Below, piece after piece: positions 8,981 through 19,564 of a stretch of 60,831 nt of DNA (position 1 is its first letter; every line of letters begins with the position of its first letter). The translations under genes were made by a program, and so were the position numbers. The notes under the pieces are model-generated. The model worked only from the letters and a program-made list of their open reading frames with translations. It was not told the origin of the DNA and ran no database searches. The stretch is from Bacteroidota bacterium (GTDB lineage Bacteria; Bacteroidota; Bacteroidia; Bacteroidales; UBA12481): the NCBI GenBank assembly GCA_034658635.1, contig JAYEFL010000334.1, positions 1 to 60,831 of the forward strand. Reading direction: 5' to 3'.

Positions 8981-9845
8981 ATTGATTTTGTGTGGGATAT
9001 TGTTTGTGAGTAGTGTTCAGTCGCAAACCTCAAATCTTAGATTATTTAACTACTTCGAATTATTTGGAGGGATAGGAACCAGTCATTATTTTGGAGATAT
9101 TGGAGGTGCCGGGACACGCTGGAACGGTTTTTTTGATAGAATTGATTCTTTCAGGGATTTTGATCCCCTTGAAACCCGGATATCAACTTCCTTTGGAGCA
9201 AGGTACATGCTGAACAGGAGCTTTGCTGTTTCAGGAAGGCTTTCTCCGATATGGCTGAGTGGCAACGATGCCGGGTCTTTCAATTCAGAGCGAGCTTATT
9301 ATTTCAATTCTTTTCTCACTGAATTGTCTGGCCAGGCTGAACTTTATTGGCTGAGTCGCTATACTGGTCTGAATCCTTATTTCTTTGCGGGATTTGGAGC
9401 AATAGCATGGTATTCTAAAGTTAAAAAAGCTGATTTCCAGAACTATGTGTCTACTGGAAATGTTTTCCTGGGCGGACTTGGATTCCGGTATTCAGCTAAT
9501 AAGGCCTGGACCCATTCATTTGAGTTAGGATATCGGTACAGTTTGACGGATTACATAGAAATGTATAAAGGCAGCAGCAGATGGAATGATAGTTATTATC
9601 TTCTTCAATATAATTTATCATATCACTTTACACGGGGAACAATTTATAACAGGAGAGGGCTCGTAAGGAAAAACTGGTGGGAGCAACGGAAGAAAGACGC
9701 ACTATCAGAAGGTGATCTCAATATTGAGATAAACCAGGCTATTGATCCGGCTGACGGAGAATTGTCTTCTCGTGAAAGGAGGCAGGTTGCCCGGTATCTA
9801 AAGAAAATATCTCGCAAAAGAAAAAGAGAAAGAAATCATTTGTGA
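8967..9845 (+). CDS. Outer-membrane beta-barrel protein (DUF6089/PorG-like), copy 1, with basic C-terminal tail
   Basis: Signal peptide, G.G.SHYFGDIGG, ELGYRYSLTDYIE, DSYY strand pattern. Confidence 0.65.
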   Translation: MLRIRLILCGILFVSSVQSQTSNLRLFNYFELFGGIGTSHYFGDIGGAGTRWNGFFDRIDSFRDFDPLETRISTSFGARYMLNRSFAVSGRLSPIWLSGNDAGSFNSERAYYFNSFLTELSGQAELYWLSRYTGLNPYFFAGFGAIAWYSKVKKADFQNYVSTGNVFLGGLGFRYSANKAWTHSFELGYRYSLTDYIEMYKGSSRWNDSYYLLQYNLSYHFTRGTIYNRRGLVRKNWWEQRKKDALSEGDLNIEINQAIDPADGELSSRERRQVARYLKKISRKRKRERNHL

Positions 9846-9900
9846 TTTTAATCGGTAATACTTTTATCTTTGTCCAACTTTTAACAAATATCCACAAGTA

Positions 9901-10605
9901 TTGGAATTTCGTAAGCTTATAGTCGCAATTAGTTTATTTTGTTTGCCGCTTTTGTTACAGGCACAGGTTAATGCAGCTTCATACTACCGTAGTATAGAGG
10001 TGTTTGGGGGAATGGGCACTACCCATTACTTTGGCGAGGTTGGAGGACCTGGTGATAGTTATTCAGGCTTTTTTGCTGCTCTGGATAATTTGGGTTTTGA
10101 CCCCATGCAATCTCGTTTGGGGTGGAGTTTTGGTTCCCGTTTTGAATTCCGCAAAGATATGGCTGTAACTGTCTCACTGAATCCATTATGGATTGGTGGC
10201 AGCGACAAAAACTCTGCACGTGAACAACGGGGTTATGCCTTTGATGCAATTGTGGTTGAGGGCAGCCTTAATTATGAGTACTATTTTGCCCGACGAACAA
10301 CCGGGCTGGCTCCTTACGGTGGTTTTGGCTTGGCTGCTTCTATTTATCGCTTTAAACCCAAGCAAGAGCAATGGTCAAGTTTGTACTATTCTCCGATAAT
10401 GATTTATACAATCGGAACCCGCTTACCCAGCCGTTCACGCATTACTCATGGGATTGAGCTGGGATTTCACTACATGTTTACAGATTTTATGGATGGATTG
10501 AATGGAAACATGAAAGTGGGAGACAGTTATTATTTTGTCAAGTATCTGATCAATTTTGAATTAGAGAAAACGTTTGTGTACGATCATAAAGGATTGATAC
10601 GATGA
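9901..10605 (+). CDS. Outer-membrane beta-barrel protein (DUF6089/PorG-like), copy 2
   Basis: Paralog of the previous gene (GTTHYFGEVGG, ELGFHYMFTDFMDG, DSYY); TTG start after TATCTTTG at 9865. Confidence 0.65.
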   Translation: MEFRKLIVAISLFCLPLLLQAQVNAASYYRSIEVFGGMGTTHYFGEVGGPGDSYSGFFAALDNLGFDPMQSRLGWSFGSRFEFRKDMAVTVSLNPLWIGGSDKNSAREQRGYAFDAIVVEGSLNYEYYFARRTTGLAPYGGFGLAASIYRFKPKQEQWSSLYYSPIMIYTIGTRLPSRSRITHGIELGFHYMFTDFMDGLNGNMKVGDSYYFVKYLINFELEKTFVYDHKGLIR

Positions 10606-10629
10606 TCAATCACTTGAAATCAATTCCCT

Positions 10630-11829
10630 TTAACTAACACGTCCCGGATATTCCAATAAAGCTGCTTCCAGACATTTGACTGCATTTTTCATGTCTTCAA
10701 GTTTGAGTACGTATGCAATCCTGACTTCGTTGTATCCTAGTCCACTGCTTGAATAAAACCCTTCAGCTGGTGCAACCATAACTGTTTGATTATCCAATTC
10801 AAAATCGGTTAGCACCCATTGAGCAAATTTGTCTGCGTTATCCACCGGGAGTTTAACAGTGGTATAAAATGCACCTTTTGGCATAGGGCAATACACACCA
10901 TCAATTTTATTCAGACTTTCTACCAGAAAATCTCTCCGTTCAATATACTCAGCATTTACCTCTTTGAAATAACTTGCAGGTGTGTCTAATGCTGCCTCAC
11001 CAACTATTTGCCCTAATCCAGGAGGGCTTAGTCTGGCCTGAGCAAATTTCATGGCAGTGTTTATGACTTCTTTATTGTGGGTTACAATTGCCCCGATACG
11101 AACTCCGCATGCGCTGAATCTTTTTGAAACAGAGTCAAACATAACAGTGTTCTGCTCAATTCCTTCGAGTTGTAAAACTGAATGGTGTTTTTCGCCATCA
11201 TAGCAAAATTCACGGTAAACTTCATCTGAAAATAAGAAGAGGTCATGCTTTTTAACTATATCGCGAAGGCTTTCCAATTCTTTAAGACTGTAGAGGTAGC
11301 CGGTAGGATTATTTGGATTGCATATGATAATGGCTTTTGTTTTGCTGGTGATTAGTTTTTCAAAATCTTTAATCGGAGGCAAAGCAAAACCATCCTCTAT
11401 TTTTGAGGTAACCGGTACAATAGTAATCCCTGCCGAAACAGCAAAGCCATTGTAGTTTGCATAGAAAGGTTCAGGTATTATCACCTCATCACCCTCGTTA
11501 AGGCATGTTTGTAAGGTAAACAGGATAGCCTCTGAACCTCCTGTAGTAACAATAATTTCTTCATGTGTAACCGGAATCCCGATATTGGTATATGAATCAG
11601 CTAATTTTCGTCTGTATGATTCATATCCAGCTGAATGTGAGTATTCAATAACCTTTTTATCCAGATTGCGAATTGCCTGTAAAGCAGTTTCAGGAGTGGC
11701 AATGTCAGGCTGCCCAATGTTCAGGTGGTAAACCTTGCGTCCTTTCTTTTTAGCCTCTTCTGCATAAGGAACCAGCTTTCTTATTGGCGATGCCGGCATC
11801 GCAATTCCACGTCCGGATATTTTTGGCAT
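10630..11829 (-). CDS. Class I/II PLP-dependent aminotransferase (aspartate aminotransferase-like)
   Basis: LNIGQPD, CNPNNPTG, DEVYREF, DSVSKRFSACGVRIG (PLP lysine). Confidence 0.92.
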   Translation of the reverse strand: MPKISGRGIAMPASPIRKLVPYAEEAKKKGRKVYHLNIGQPDIATPETALQAIRNLDKKVIEYSHSAGYESYRRKLADSYTNIGIPVTHEEIIVTTGGSEAILFTLQTCLNEGDEVIIPEPFYANYNGFAVSAGITIVPVTSKIEDGFALPPIKDFEKLITSKTKAIIICNPNNPTGYLYSLKELESLRDIVKKHDLFLFSDEVYREFCYDGEKHHSVLQLEGIEQNTVMFDSVSKRFSACGVRIGAIVTHNKEVINTAMKFAQARLSPPGLGQIVGEAALDTPASYFKEVNAEYIERRDFLVESLNKIDGVYCPMPKGAFYTTVKLPVDNADKFAQWVLTDFELDNQTVMVAPAEGFYSSSGLGYNEVRIAYVLKLEDMKNAVKCLEAALLEYPGRVS

Positions 11830-11844
11830 GATATTATGAGTTAA

Positions 11845-12438
11845 TTATTTCTTTTTCTTTTTCTTCTTGGCATCCTGCATCTTCTTTTCATACAGGGCCT
11901 TTTTAATGTTCTTTGTACTGTTAGGATCTCCTTCCTCCAACCTGTTCTCCATAGTTTTTTGACCACCTTCGTTTGATATTGAAGACTTTGTATTAACAGG
12001 GATTGCAGGGGCTTCCCCCCTCAGAACCTTATTTGAACCAGCTTTGGGTAAAACCTTACCTTTAATTGATAACCTTACTGGTGAATTTTTAGCGGATGAA
12101 AAAACCTGCACTGTTTTGTTGAACATGCCTGGCAGGTGTGTGTCGTACTTCACTGTAATGTAGCCCGATCTTCCTGGTTGAATAGGTTCTTTTGACCAGG
12201 ATGGAGCAGTGCAGTTACAGGATGATTTGACATTTGTGATAACCAATGACTTATTACTTGTATTTGTGAAGCTGAACTTATAAGTGCCTCCCGCTCCGTA
12301 TTCTAAAGTGCCATAATCATACATTTCCTGTGCAAACTGCATTTCATCTACATTCTTTTTCTTACCCTTGTTTTTCTGCGCAAAGCTTACTGAGCTTGCT
12401 ATCAAAAGGATCCCGAGGATGATGCTAATTCTTTTCAT
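11845..12438 (-). CDS. DUF1573 domain secreted protein
   Basis: Signal peptide; YDYGTL..F.FTNT..LVITNVKSSCNCT.P.WSKEPI.PG motif; poly-Lys tail. Confidence 0.8.
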   Translation of the reverse strand: MKRISIILGILLIASSVSFAQKNKGKKKNVDEMQFAQEMYDYGTLEYGAGGTYKFSFTNTSNKSLVITNVKSSCNCTAPSWSKEPIQPGRSGYITVKYDTHLPGMFNKTVQVFSSAKNSPVRLSIKGKVLPKAGSNKVLRGEAPAIPVNTKSSISNEGGQKTMENRLEEGDPNSTKNIKKALYEKKMQDAKKKKKKK

Positions 12439-12659
12439 ATTGATACTCGTTTATATTAGACTACAAAATTACATTTATCTTGTTAAAATCGGAAAATGAA
12501 ACCGATTTTTCCTTATTTGGTGCTAATTAATCTAAACGCTGCTCAGTGAACATTATTATACCAAATGGGGAAAGAAAATTTCTGCTTCATATGATAGGGA
12601 TATTTTATTACTTTTACCAACATTTCTCAGGCAATCAGATGCCATTTAAATTATTGTAA

Positions 12660-15296
12660 ATGAATAGATTGGAAGTTTCTGCAAAGTATGATCCGGCAAC
12701 AACGGAGGATAAATGGTATAGCTATTGGATGGAAAAGGGATTTTTTCACTCTCAACCGGATGAACGAGAGGCATTCACTATAGTGATTCCACCTCCAAAT
12801 GTTACTGGTGTTTTGCATATGGGGCACATGTTAAACAACACTATTCAGGATGTTTTGGTCAGAAGGGCACGGATGCAGGGGAAAAATGCATGTTGGCTGC
12901 CAGGAACCGATCATGCATCTATTGCTACCGAGGCTCGTGTTGTTGCAAAACTACAGAAAGCTGGCATTAAGAAATCTGATTTGAGCAGGAATGAGTTTTT
13001 GGAGCATGCATGGGAATGGAAAGAGGAGCATGGAGGGATCATTCTTGAGCAACTGAAAAAACTTGGAGCGTCTTGTGATTGGGATCGTACCAAGTTTACG
13101 ATGGATGATCAAATGTCTGAAAGTGTAATTAAGGTTTTTGTAGACCTTTATCGGAAAGGATATATATACAGAGGTGTGCGAATGGTGAATTGGGATCCCC
13201 AGGCCAGGACTGCGGTTTCTGACGAGGAAGTGAATCACAAAGAAGTTCAGTCAAAACTGTATTATGTCAGATACCTGATTGATGGTACCGAAGATGAATA
13301 CCTGACTATTGCAACTACTCGTCCGGAAACTATTTTGGGAGACACAGCAGTGTGTGTTAATCCTGATGATGAACGCTTTAAAAAACTGATTGGTAAAAAA
13401 GTTGTAGTTCCCATGGTTAACAGGGTTGTACCCATAATTCAGGATGATTATGTTGACATAGAATTCGGAACAGGAGCTTTGAAGATAACACCGGCTCATG
13501 ATATCAATGATTATGAGATTGGGCTGAAACATAAGCTTGAATCCATTGATATTTTTAACCCTGATGGTACAATAAGTGAGGCAGGAACTTTGTTTGTTGG
13601 TGAGGATCGATTCAAAGCTCGCAAGCTTGCTGTGCAGGAGCTGAAAAAGATGGACTGTCTGGTAAAAGTTGAGGATTATATCAATAAGCTTGGGTATTCA
13701 GAGAGAACAGATGCAGTAATAGAACCCAAGCTTTCTGTTCAGTGGTTCATGTCGATGAAAGAATTAGCCACACCTGCTCTGGATGCTGTGAATAGTGATG
13801 AGATTCAACTACACCCTCCAAAATTTAAAAATATTTACCGTCATTGGATGGAGAACGTCAGAGACTGGTGTATCTCTCGTCAGCTTTGGTGGGGGCAAAG
13901 AATTCCAGCATGGTATCTTCCAGGTGGTGAGTTTGTTATTGCAGAAGATGAACAGGAAGCCCTGATCCTGGCTAGAGAGAAATCTGGTAATCCTGACTTG
14001 AGCCTTAATGATCTGAAACAGGATGAAGATGTTCTGGATACATGGTTCTCTTCCTGGTTATGGCCGATTTCTGTTTTTGATGGTATTCGCAATCCGGATA
14101 ACGAAGATATCAAGTATTATTACCCAACTAATGATCTGGTTACTGCACCTGAAATTTTGTTTTTCTGGGTTGCCAGAATGATTATTGCCGGATATGAGTA
14201 TCTAGGGAAGAAACCTTTCAATAATGTTTACCTGACTGGAATTGTCAGAGATAGCCAAAGAAGAAAAATGTCTAAGTCTCTGGGCAATTCTCCAAGTCCT
14301 CTGGGTTTAATCGAGCAATATGGAGCTGATGGTGTGCGTGTGGGAATGTTGCTTTGTTCACCAGCTGGAAATGATTTGCTTTTTGAAGAGTCGCTGATTG
14401 AACAGGGAAGAAATTTTGGGAATAAGATTTGGAATGCCTTTCGTTTGCTTGCCGGATGGGAAGAGGATAAAGAAATAAAGCAGCCTGAAACTGCCAGACT
14501 TGCTGGTAAGTGGTTTGATACAAAATTGAAGCTGGCCATTAGTGACATAGACGACCAATATTCGAAATTTCGTCTTTCCAGTGCCCTAATGATCTGTTAC
14601 CGTTTGTTTTGGGATGATTTCTCTTCTTGGTATCTGGAAATGATTAAGCCGGATTATGGTGCCCCTATTGATTCTCAAACAAAACAGGAGGCTTTTGATT
14701 TTATGGAGAAGCTAATGCTTATTCTTCATCCATTTATGCCTTTTATTACAGAGGAATTGTGGCAAACGATAAAAGAACGAAAGGATGGGGAGTCAATTAT
14801 GATTGCCTCCTTGCCAGGTGCCACGAGTTTTGATGCAGACCTGCTGGATCGCTTTGACCGGGTAAAAGAACTAATCGTTTTTATTCGTTCTATAAGAGCT
14901 GAGAAAAGTATTCTTATGAGAAATCCCCTCAAATTGCAGGTTCGACCGGTAGAAGGGGAATATGCTGGAGAGTTTAACCCGGTAATTGCCAAGCTGGCTA
15001 ATCTTGATAGTATTGAGAATATCAATGATGCTCCTGAAAGATCAGTTAGTCAGGTTATTAAAGCTGTCGAGTTTTTTGTTTTACTCGAAGGAATGATTGA
15101 TCCGGCAGAGGAAAAAGCCAAAATCGAGAAGGAATTGAGTTATGTTAAAGGCTTTTTGTCAGGAGTTGAGAAGAAGCTGTCTAATGAGCGTTTTGTTAAA
15201 GGTGCACCAGCCCAGGTTGTTGAGAAAGAACAACAGAAGAAAGCAGATGCAGAAGCCAAGGTTAAGGCTTTGGAAGCTCAGTTGAAAGAGTTTTAA
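12660..15296 (+). CDS. valS: Valine--tRNA ligase
   Basis: [48 protein letters not shown]-terminal coiled coil. Confidence 0.98.
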   Translation: MNRLEVSAKYDPATTEDKWYSYWMEKGFFHSQPDEREAFTIVIPPPNVTGVLHMGHMLNNTIQDVLVRRARMQGKNACWLPGTDHASIATEARVVAKLQKAGIKKSDLSRNEFLEHAWEWKEEHGGIILEQLKKLGASCDWDRTKFTMDDQMSESVIKVFVDLYRKGYIYRGVRMVNWDPQARTAVSDEEVNHKEVQSKLYYVRYLIDGTEDEYLTIATTRPETILGDTAVCVNPDDERFKKLIGKKVVVPMVNRVVPIIQDDYVDIEFGTGALKITPAHDINDYEIGLKHKLESIDIFNPDGTISEAGTLFVGEDRFKARKLAVQELKKMDCLVKVEDYINKLGYSERTDAVIEPKLSVQWFMSMKELATPALDAVNSDEIQLHPPKFKNIYRHWMENVRDWCISRQLWWGQRIPAWYLPGGEFVIAEDEQEALILAREKSGNPDLSLNDLKQDEDVLDTWFSSWLWPISVFDGIRNPDNEDIKYYYPTNDLVTAPEILFFWVARMIIAGYEYLGKKPFNNVYLTGIVRDSQRRKMSKSLGNSPSPLGLIEQYGADGVRVGMLLCSPAGNDLLFEESLIEQGRNFGNKIWNAFRLLAGWEEDKEIKQPETARLAGKWFDTKLKLAISDIDDQYSKFRLSSALMICYRLFWDDFSSWYLEMIKPDYGAPIDSQTKQEAFDFMEKLMLILHPFMPFITEELWQTIKERKDGESIMIASLPGATSFDADLLDRFDRVKELIVFIRSIRAEKSILMRNPLKLQVRPVEGEYAGEFNPVIAKLANLDSIENINDAPERSVSQVIKAVEFFVLLEGMIDPAEEKAKIEKELSYVKGFLSGVEKKLSNERFVKGAPAQVVEKEQQKKADAEAKVKALEAQLKEF

Positions 15297-15332
15297 GTAT
15301 AATATTGAGATAAGTATAATATTAAGAGATAA
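15294..15332 (+). repeat. Direct duplication starting at the valS stop codon
   Basis: TAAGTATAATATTGAGA then TAAGTATAATATTAAGAGA then TAA. Confidence 0.8.
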
Positions 15333-15337
15333 CTGAC

Positions 15338-16168
15338 ATGAGAAATTGTTTGATCTTTCTTGGGTTTATTATTAGTTTTTCGGCTTGTTCTCAGCAAAAG
15401 CAGGAAGTTAAGCTAATGAGTTTTAACATTCGGTATGCTAATCCTGCAGACAGTTTGAACTATTGGGAAAACCGAAAGGATCAGGTTATTGAATTGATCA
15501 GGAATAGAGATTGTGATTTTGTAGGAATACAGGAGGCTTTGCCTGTCCAGATTGGTTTTCTTGAGAGCAATCTTTCTGATTACGAATTTGTTTGGCGAAC
15601 CCGGGAGGCAGATCCCACCAAAGGAGAAGCCGTTCCGCTTCTTTACCTGCAAGAAAAATGGAAACTAATAAGCTCTGAAACCTTTTGGTTATCTGATACT
15701 CCTGAGGTGCCGGGGTCAAATACCTGGAAGGCTGCTTGTAATCGTGTAACAACATGGGGCCTGTTTGAGTCAGTTGAAACCGGTCAGCAACTTATAGTGT
15801 GCAATACTCACTTTGACCATATTTCACAAGAAGCCCGACTTAAAGGAGCTCAATTAATAAGAAGCCGTTTGGGTGAGAAAGCAGATCGCACTCCAATTGT
15901 TTTGCTAGGTGATTTGAATGGGAAGCCTGATAATCCTGCTGTGAAAGAATTGACCAGTATTTGGCAGGATCCCTATCCGGAGTTTTATCCGGATGACACC
16001 TTGAGCGGAACTTTTCATGCATTTAATGGAAGTCCTGAAGGCAAAAGGATTGATTATGTTTTAGTGCATGGAGCAAAAAAGATCAGTAGTATTCAAATAA
16101 TCAGAGATAACCAGCGGGGGTTTTATCCATCGGATCATTTTCCCGTTTTCGCAGAGGTCATTTTCTAA
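15338..16168 (+). CDS. Endonuclease/exonuclease/phosphatase family lipoprotein
   Basis: Lipobox-like FSAC, MSFNIRY, GIQE, NTHFDH, GDLN, RIDY, SDHFPV. Confidence 0.9.
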   Translation: MRNCLIFLGFIISFSACSQQKQEVKLMSFNIRYANPADSLNYWENRKDQVIELIRNRDCDFVGIQEALPVQIGFLESNLSDYEFVWRTREADPTKGEAVPLLYLQEKWKLISSETFWLSDTPEVPGSNTWKAACNRVTTWGLFESVETGQQLIVCNTHFDHISQEARLKGAQLIRSRLGEKADRTPIVLLGDLNGKPDNPAVKELTSIWQDPYPEFYPDDTLSGTFHAFNGSPEGKRIDYVLVHGAKKISSIQIIRDNQRGFYPSDHFPVFAEVIF

Positions 16169-16181
16169 AATCTATAGTTTT

Positions 16182-17681
16182 ATGAAGGAGGGTATTTACA
16201 GTGCTAATATTCTGGAGCAATATCTTAAGAAGCCAGCACATAGTTTTACACATATTGATATAATTCGCTTTATTGATGAGAATGGGATAGAAATGCTCAA
16301 TTTCAGATATGTTGCTGAAGATGGGAAGCTGAAGGTTCTTAACTTTGTTATTAATGGTCGTGCTCATCTTGAATCTGTACTGTCAACAGGAGAAAGAGTC
16401 GATGGATCCAGCCTTTTTTCTTATATCGGGGCAGCATCAAGTGATTTGTATGTGGTGCCAAGATATAAAACGGCTTTCGTGAATCCTTTTGCTCAGGTAC
16501 CTACCCTTGATATTCTATGTTCATTTTATGCCAGTGATGGAAAGCCCCTTCAGAGTGCTCCTGAATACATTCTTAGGAAAGCTCATGAAAGATTCAAGAG
16601 TGAAACGGGCTTTGTATTCAAGGCTATGGGTGAATTGGAATATTATGTTCAGGGAAAGAAAGAGGAGATGTATCCTACAGATGATCAGAAGGGCTATCAT
16701 TCAGCAGCACCATATTCTAATTACGAGAACCTGCGCTTGGAGGCGATGGATTTAATATCTGCTTGTGGTGGGAAAATTAAGTATGGACATTGTGAAGTTG
16801 GTAGCTTTGCTACTGATGCTGAAAGTTTTGAGCAGCACGAAGTTGAGTTCTTGCCAGTGGAAGTGGAAGATGCAGTTGATCAATTGATTGTGGCTAAATG
16901 GATTTTGCGACAGTTAGGGGATAAATATGGCGTAAATCTGAGTTTTGCACCTAAGATTACTGTTGGGAAGGCCGGTTCAGGATTGCATGTTCATATGATG
17001 CTGACAAAAGACGGCAGAAATGTGATGGTCGAAAATAATCAGCTTAGTGAATCCGCCCGTAAGGTAATTGCCGGTTTAATGGATTTGGCGGCTCCTTTAA
17101 CGGCTTTTGGCAATACTATCCCCACTTCTTACCTGCGTTTAGTACCTCACCAGGAAGCCCCTACAAATATTTGCTGGGGCGACAGGAACCGATCAGTTCT
17201 TGTTAGAGTTCCTCTTGGATGGCTGGATGCTCATAATATGATTGAAGACGCAAATCCTCAGGACTCCTTTGGGGACAAAGTATTTGACAGTAAGCAAACA
17301 ATTGAAATACGTTCTCCTGATGGTTCAGCCGATTTATATCATTTGTTTGCCGGACTGGTGATGGCAGCTCAACATGGTATAGAAATGCCAGATGCTTTGA
17401 AAAGAGCCAGCGAATTGTATGTGGATGTCAATATTTTCAATGAGGAGAATAGTGACAGGCTGGCCGAGCTGGCACATCTTCCTGATTGCTGTGAAGAATC
17501 AGGGCTGATATTACAGAAGTATCGGCATGTCTTTGAGAAGGATGGAGTCTTTCCATCCGGAACTATCGACAATTTTATCCGGGTTTTGTGCGAGTTTAAA
17601 GACAGAGGTCTTAGTGAAAGGATATATGGCAAGACTGAGGAGATCAGGAAGTTGGTTTACAAATACTTACATCATATGTAA
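16182..17681 (+). CDS. glnA: Glutamine synthetase family protein (type I-like)
   Basis: DGSS, GELEYY, HCEVG..QHEVEF, APKI..GKAGSGLHVH, RLVPHQEAP, WGDRNRS..RVP, IEIRSPD. Confidence 0.88.
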   Translation: MKEGIYSANILEQYLKKPAHSFTHIDIIRFIDENGIEMLNFRYVAEDGKLKVLNFVINGRAHLESVLSTGERVDGSSLFSYIGAASSDLYVVPRYKTAFVNPFAQVPTLDILCSFYASDGKPLQSAPEYILRKAHERFKSETGFVFKAMGELEYYVQGKKEEMYPTDDQKGYHSAAPYSNYENLRLEAMDLISACGGKIKYGHCEVGSFATDAESFEQHEVEFLPVEVEDAVDQLIVAKWILRQLGDKYGVNLSFAPKITVGKAGSGLHVHMMLTKDGRNVMVENNQLSESARKVIAGLMDLAAPLTAFGNTIPTSYLRLVPHQEAPTNICWGDRNRSVLVRVPLGWLDAHNMIEDANPQDSFGDKVFDSKQTIEIRSPDGSADLYHLFAGLVMAAQHGIEMPDALKRASELYVDVNIFNEENSDRLAELAHLPDCCEESGLILQKYRHVFEKDGVFPSGTIDNFIRVLCEFKDRGLSERIYGKTEEIRKLVYKYLHHM

Positions 17682-17684
17682 GGG

Positions 17685-18620
17685 TCAGATTTCCTCGGAT
17701 GGTTCATTCCTGTGAAGCTTGGCGTTTTTTATGCTTGCATTCAGTTCAAATCCGATTAATAATACAAATGAATTGTAATTGATCCAGATCATGAAAGCAA
17801 TCATGGTTCCGATTGAACCGTACAGTTTATTGTATTGTCCAAAGTTGTTGATCAGGGCCGATAATCCAAGAGAAGTTGCTACCATAATAATTGTAGCCAG
17901 TGTGGCTCCGGGAGAAATAAATCTGAATTTTCCTCTCCTGGCAGGAGCCAGATAATACAAAAAGGAAATCCCCAGGAAAAGAAATGATAAGATTATCAGC
18001 CACTTACCATTATTAAGCAGAGCCAGTAGGAATTTGTTTGTGAGAATATTTTTGGCTTCCAATAAATCAAGAAATGCTCCGCTAAATATGATAAGCGTAA
18101 GTGAAAAGGCCACAAGCATACAGAATATTAAAACCAGCAGGATAGCAACCAGTTGTTGGTTAATCCATTTACGGGTTTCTACATGATGATAACTGGCATT
18201 GAAGGCACGTATCAGGGCTGAAATACCGTTAGTGGCAAAAAGCAAAGCAGCCAGGAATCCAAATGATAATAAGTCGGTTCTTTTTGTTGTGATAATTTCT
18301 TCAAAAGTGTCTTTTATCGTGTGATAAACATTTATTGGAAGAATTTCCTGGAGGGTTGACATCATAACCTCCTGAAGGTTGTGAATTGGAAAATATGGAA
18401 TTAATGTAACCATAACCAGAAGTGCGGGAAAGAAGGCAAGGAAAAAATTATAGGCCACTGCTGATGCTCTGGTGGCTGTTCCTCCATTTTTCAGTCCGTT
18501 GATAAAAAAAGAAATTACCTCGGCAATTGGTATCCTGTCAAATCCAGGCAAACTGGCTCTTCTGACAAAAACAGCTAGCTTCCTGATAAATCTTGGAAAT
18601 AATCTTTTTTTTCTGGTCAT
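17685..18620 (-). CDS. YihY/virulence factor BrkB family membrane protein
   Basis: ASAVAYNFFLAFFP, YNKLYGSIG, LLIGFELNA; multiple TM helices. Confidence 0.9.
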   Translation of the reverse strand: MTRKKRLFPRFIRKLAVFVRRASLPGFDRIPIAEVISFFINGLKNGGTATRASAVAYNFFLAFFPALLVMVTLIPYFPIHNLQEVMMSTLQEILPINVYHTIKDTFEEIITTKRTDLLSFGFLAALLFATNGISALIRAFNASYHHVETRKWINQQLVAILLVLIFCMLVAFSLTLIIFSGAFLDLLEAKNILTNKFLLALLNNGKWLIILSFLFLGISFLYYLAPARRGKFRFISPGATLATIIMVATSLGLSALINNFGQYNKLYGSIGTMIAFMIWINYNSFVLLIGFELNASIKNAKLHRNEPSEEI

Positions 18621-18621
18621 T

Positions 18622-19467
18622 TTAAATTTTTGCTTTCAAACTAAGGTCAAGGCTGAAAATCTGATGGGTTAAAGCACCTACAGAAACATAGTCTACCCCT
18701 GCCAGTGCATAATCCCGTATGGTGTCGAGATTAATGCCCCCGGAAGATTCAGTTTGGAATTTACCGTCTATCATGGCAATAGCCACACGAGTTTCTTCAG
18801 GTGTGAAATTATCCAGCATAATCCGGTGCACTTCTCCAAGCTTCAGAACCTCCTTGAGCTCATTAAGATCACGAACCTCAATTTCGACTTTCAGATTCAT
18901 TGAGTTATCACGGAGGTAATTTCTCGTTTGAATTAACGCTTTCTCAATACCACCTGCGAAGTCGATGTGATTGTCTTTGAGCATAATCATATCATACAAG
19001 CCCATGCGGTGATTCTCCCCGCCACCTATCCGAACAGCTTCTTTCTCAAGTAGCCTCATATTAGGTGTAGTTTTCCGTGTATCAAGAACTTTTGTATTAG
19101 TACCTCTTAGTCTTTTAACATAACTGAGAGTCACGGTAGCAATGCCACTCATTCTCTGAACGATATTCAAAGCCAGACGTTCTGTCTGTAAAATTGATAA
19201 GCTGGGACCCCGCAAGTGCATAATTTCATTGCCTGGTGAAATCATATCACCATCTGCAAAATGAAAATCTGTTTGGAGTCTGCTGTCGAAAAGCTCGAAA
19301 AGCCTCTTAATCACCCGTAGACCAGCTACCATACCTGCCTGTTTTGCTATCAACACAGCTTTACCTGAAGCATCAGGAGAAATGACGGCCAGGGAAGAAT
19401 GATCGCCTTCGCCAATATCTTCATTTAAGGCATTTAAAAGAATTTCATCCAGATTAGTAGCAGTCAT
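18622..19467 (-). CDS. nadC: Quinolinate phosphoribosyltransferase
   Basis: ED...GD.S, ERLALN..QRMSGIAT, DTRKTTP, HRMGLYD..MLKDNH, MLDN, SGGI. Start moved to ATG 19467, after a TATTTTTG box. Confidence 0.96.
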   Translation of the reverse strand: MTATNLDEILLNALNEDIGEGDHSSLAVISPDASGKAVLIAKQAGMVAGLRVIKRLFELFDSRLQTDFHFADGDMISPGNEIMHLRGPSLSILQTERLALNIVQRMSGIATVTLSYVKRLRGTNTKVLDTRKTTPNMRLLEKEAVRIGGGENHRMGLYDMIMLKDNHIDFAGGIEKALIQTRNYLRDNSMNLKVEIEVRDLNELKEVLKLGEVHRIMLDNFTPEETRVAIAMIDGKFQTESSGGINLDTIRDYALAGVDYVSVGALTHQIFSLDLSLKAKI

Positions 19468-19564
19468 ATCGCAAAAATAGCTATGATAAGTCAATTTAGC
19501 TCACATTTTCTTACTTTTAGGTCAAACCCGGTCTGAAATTTGCCCGGGACTCAAAAACCTGAGA

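Noticed and set aside
12439-12659. Possible T-box or other leader upstream of valS
   Set aside because: No T-box consensus or terminator/antiterminator is visible; it looks like an AT-rich divergent promoter region.
16182-17681. Glutamine synthetase as part of a GatDE module
   Set aside because: It is about 10 kb away, on the other strand and separated by unrelated genes; proximity alone is not evidence.
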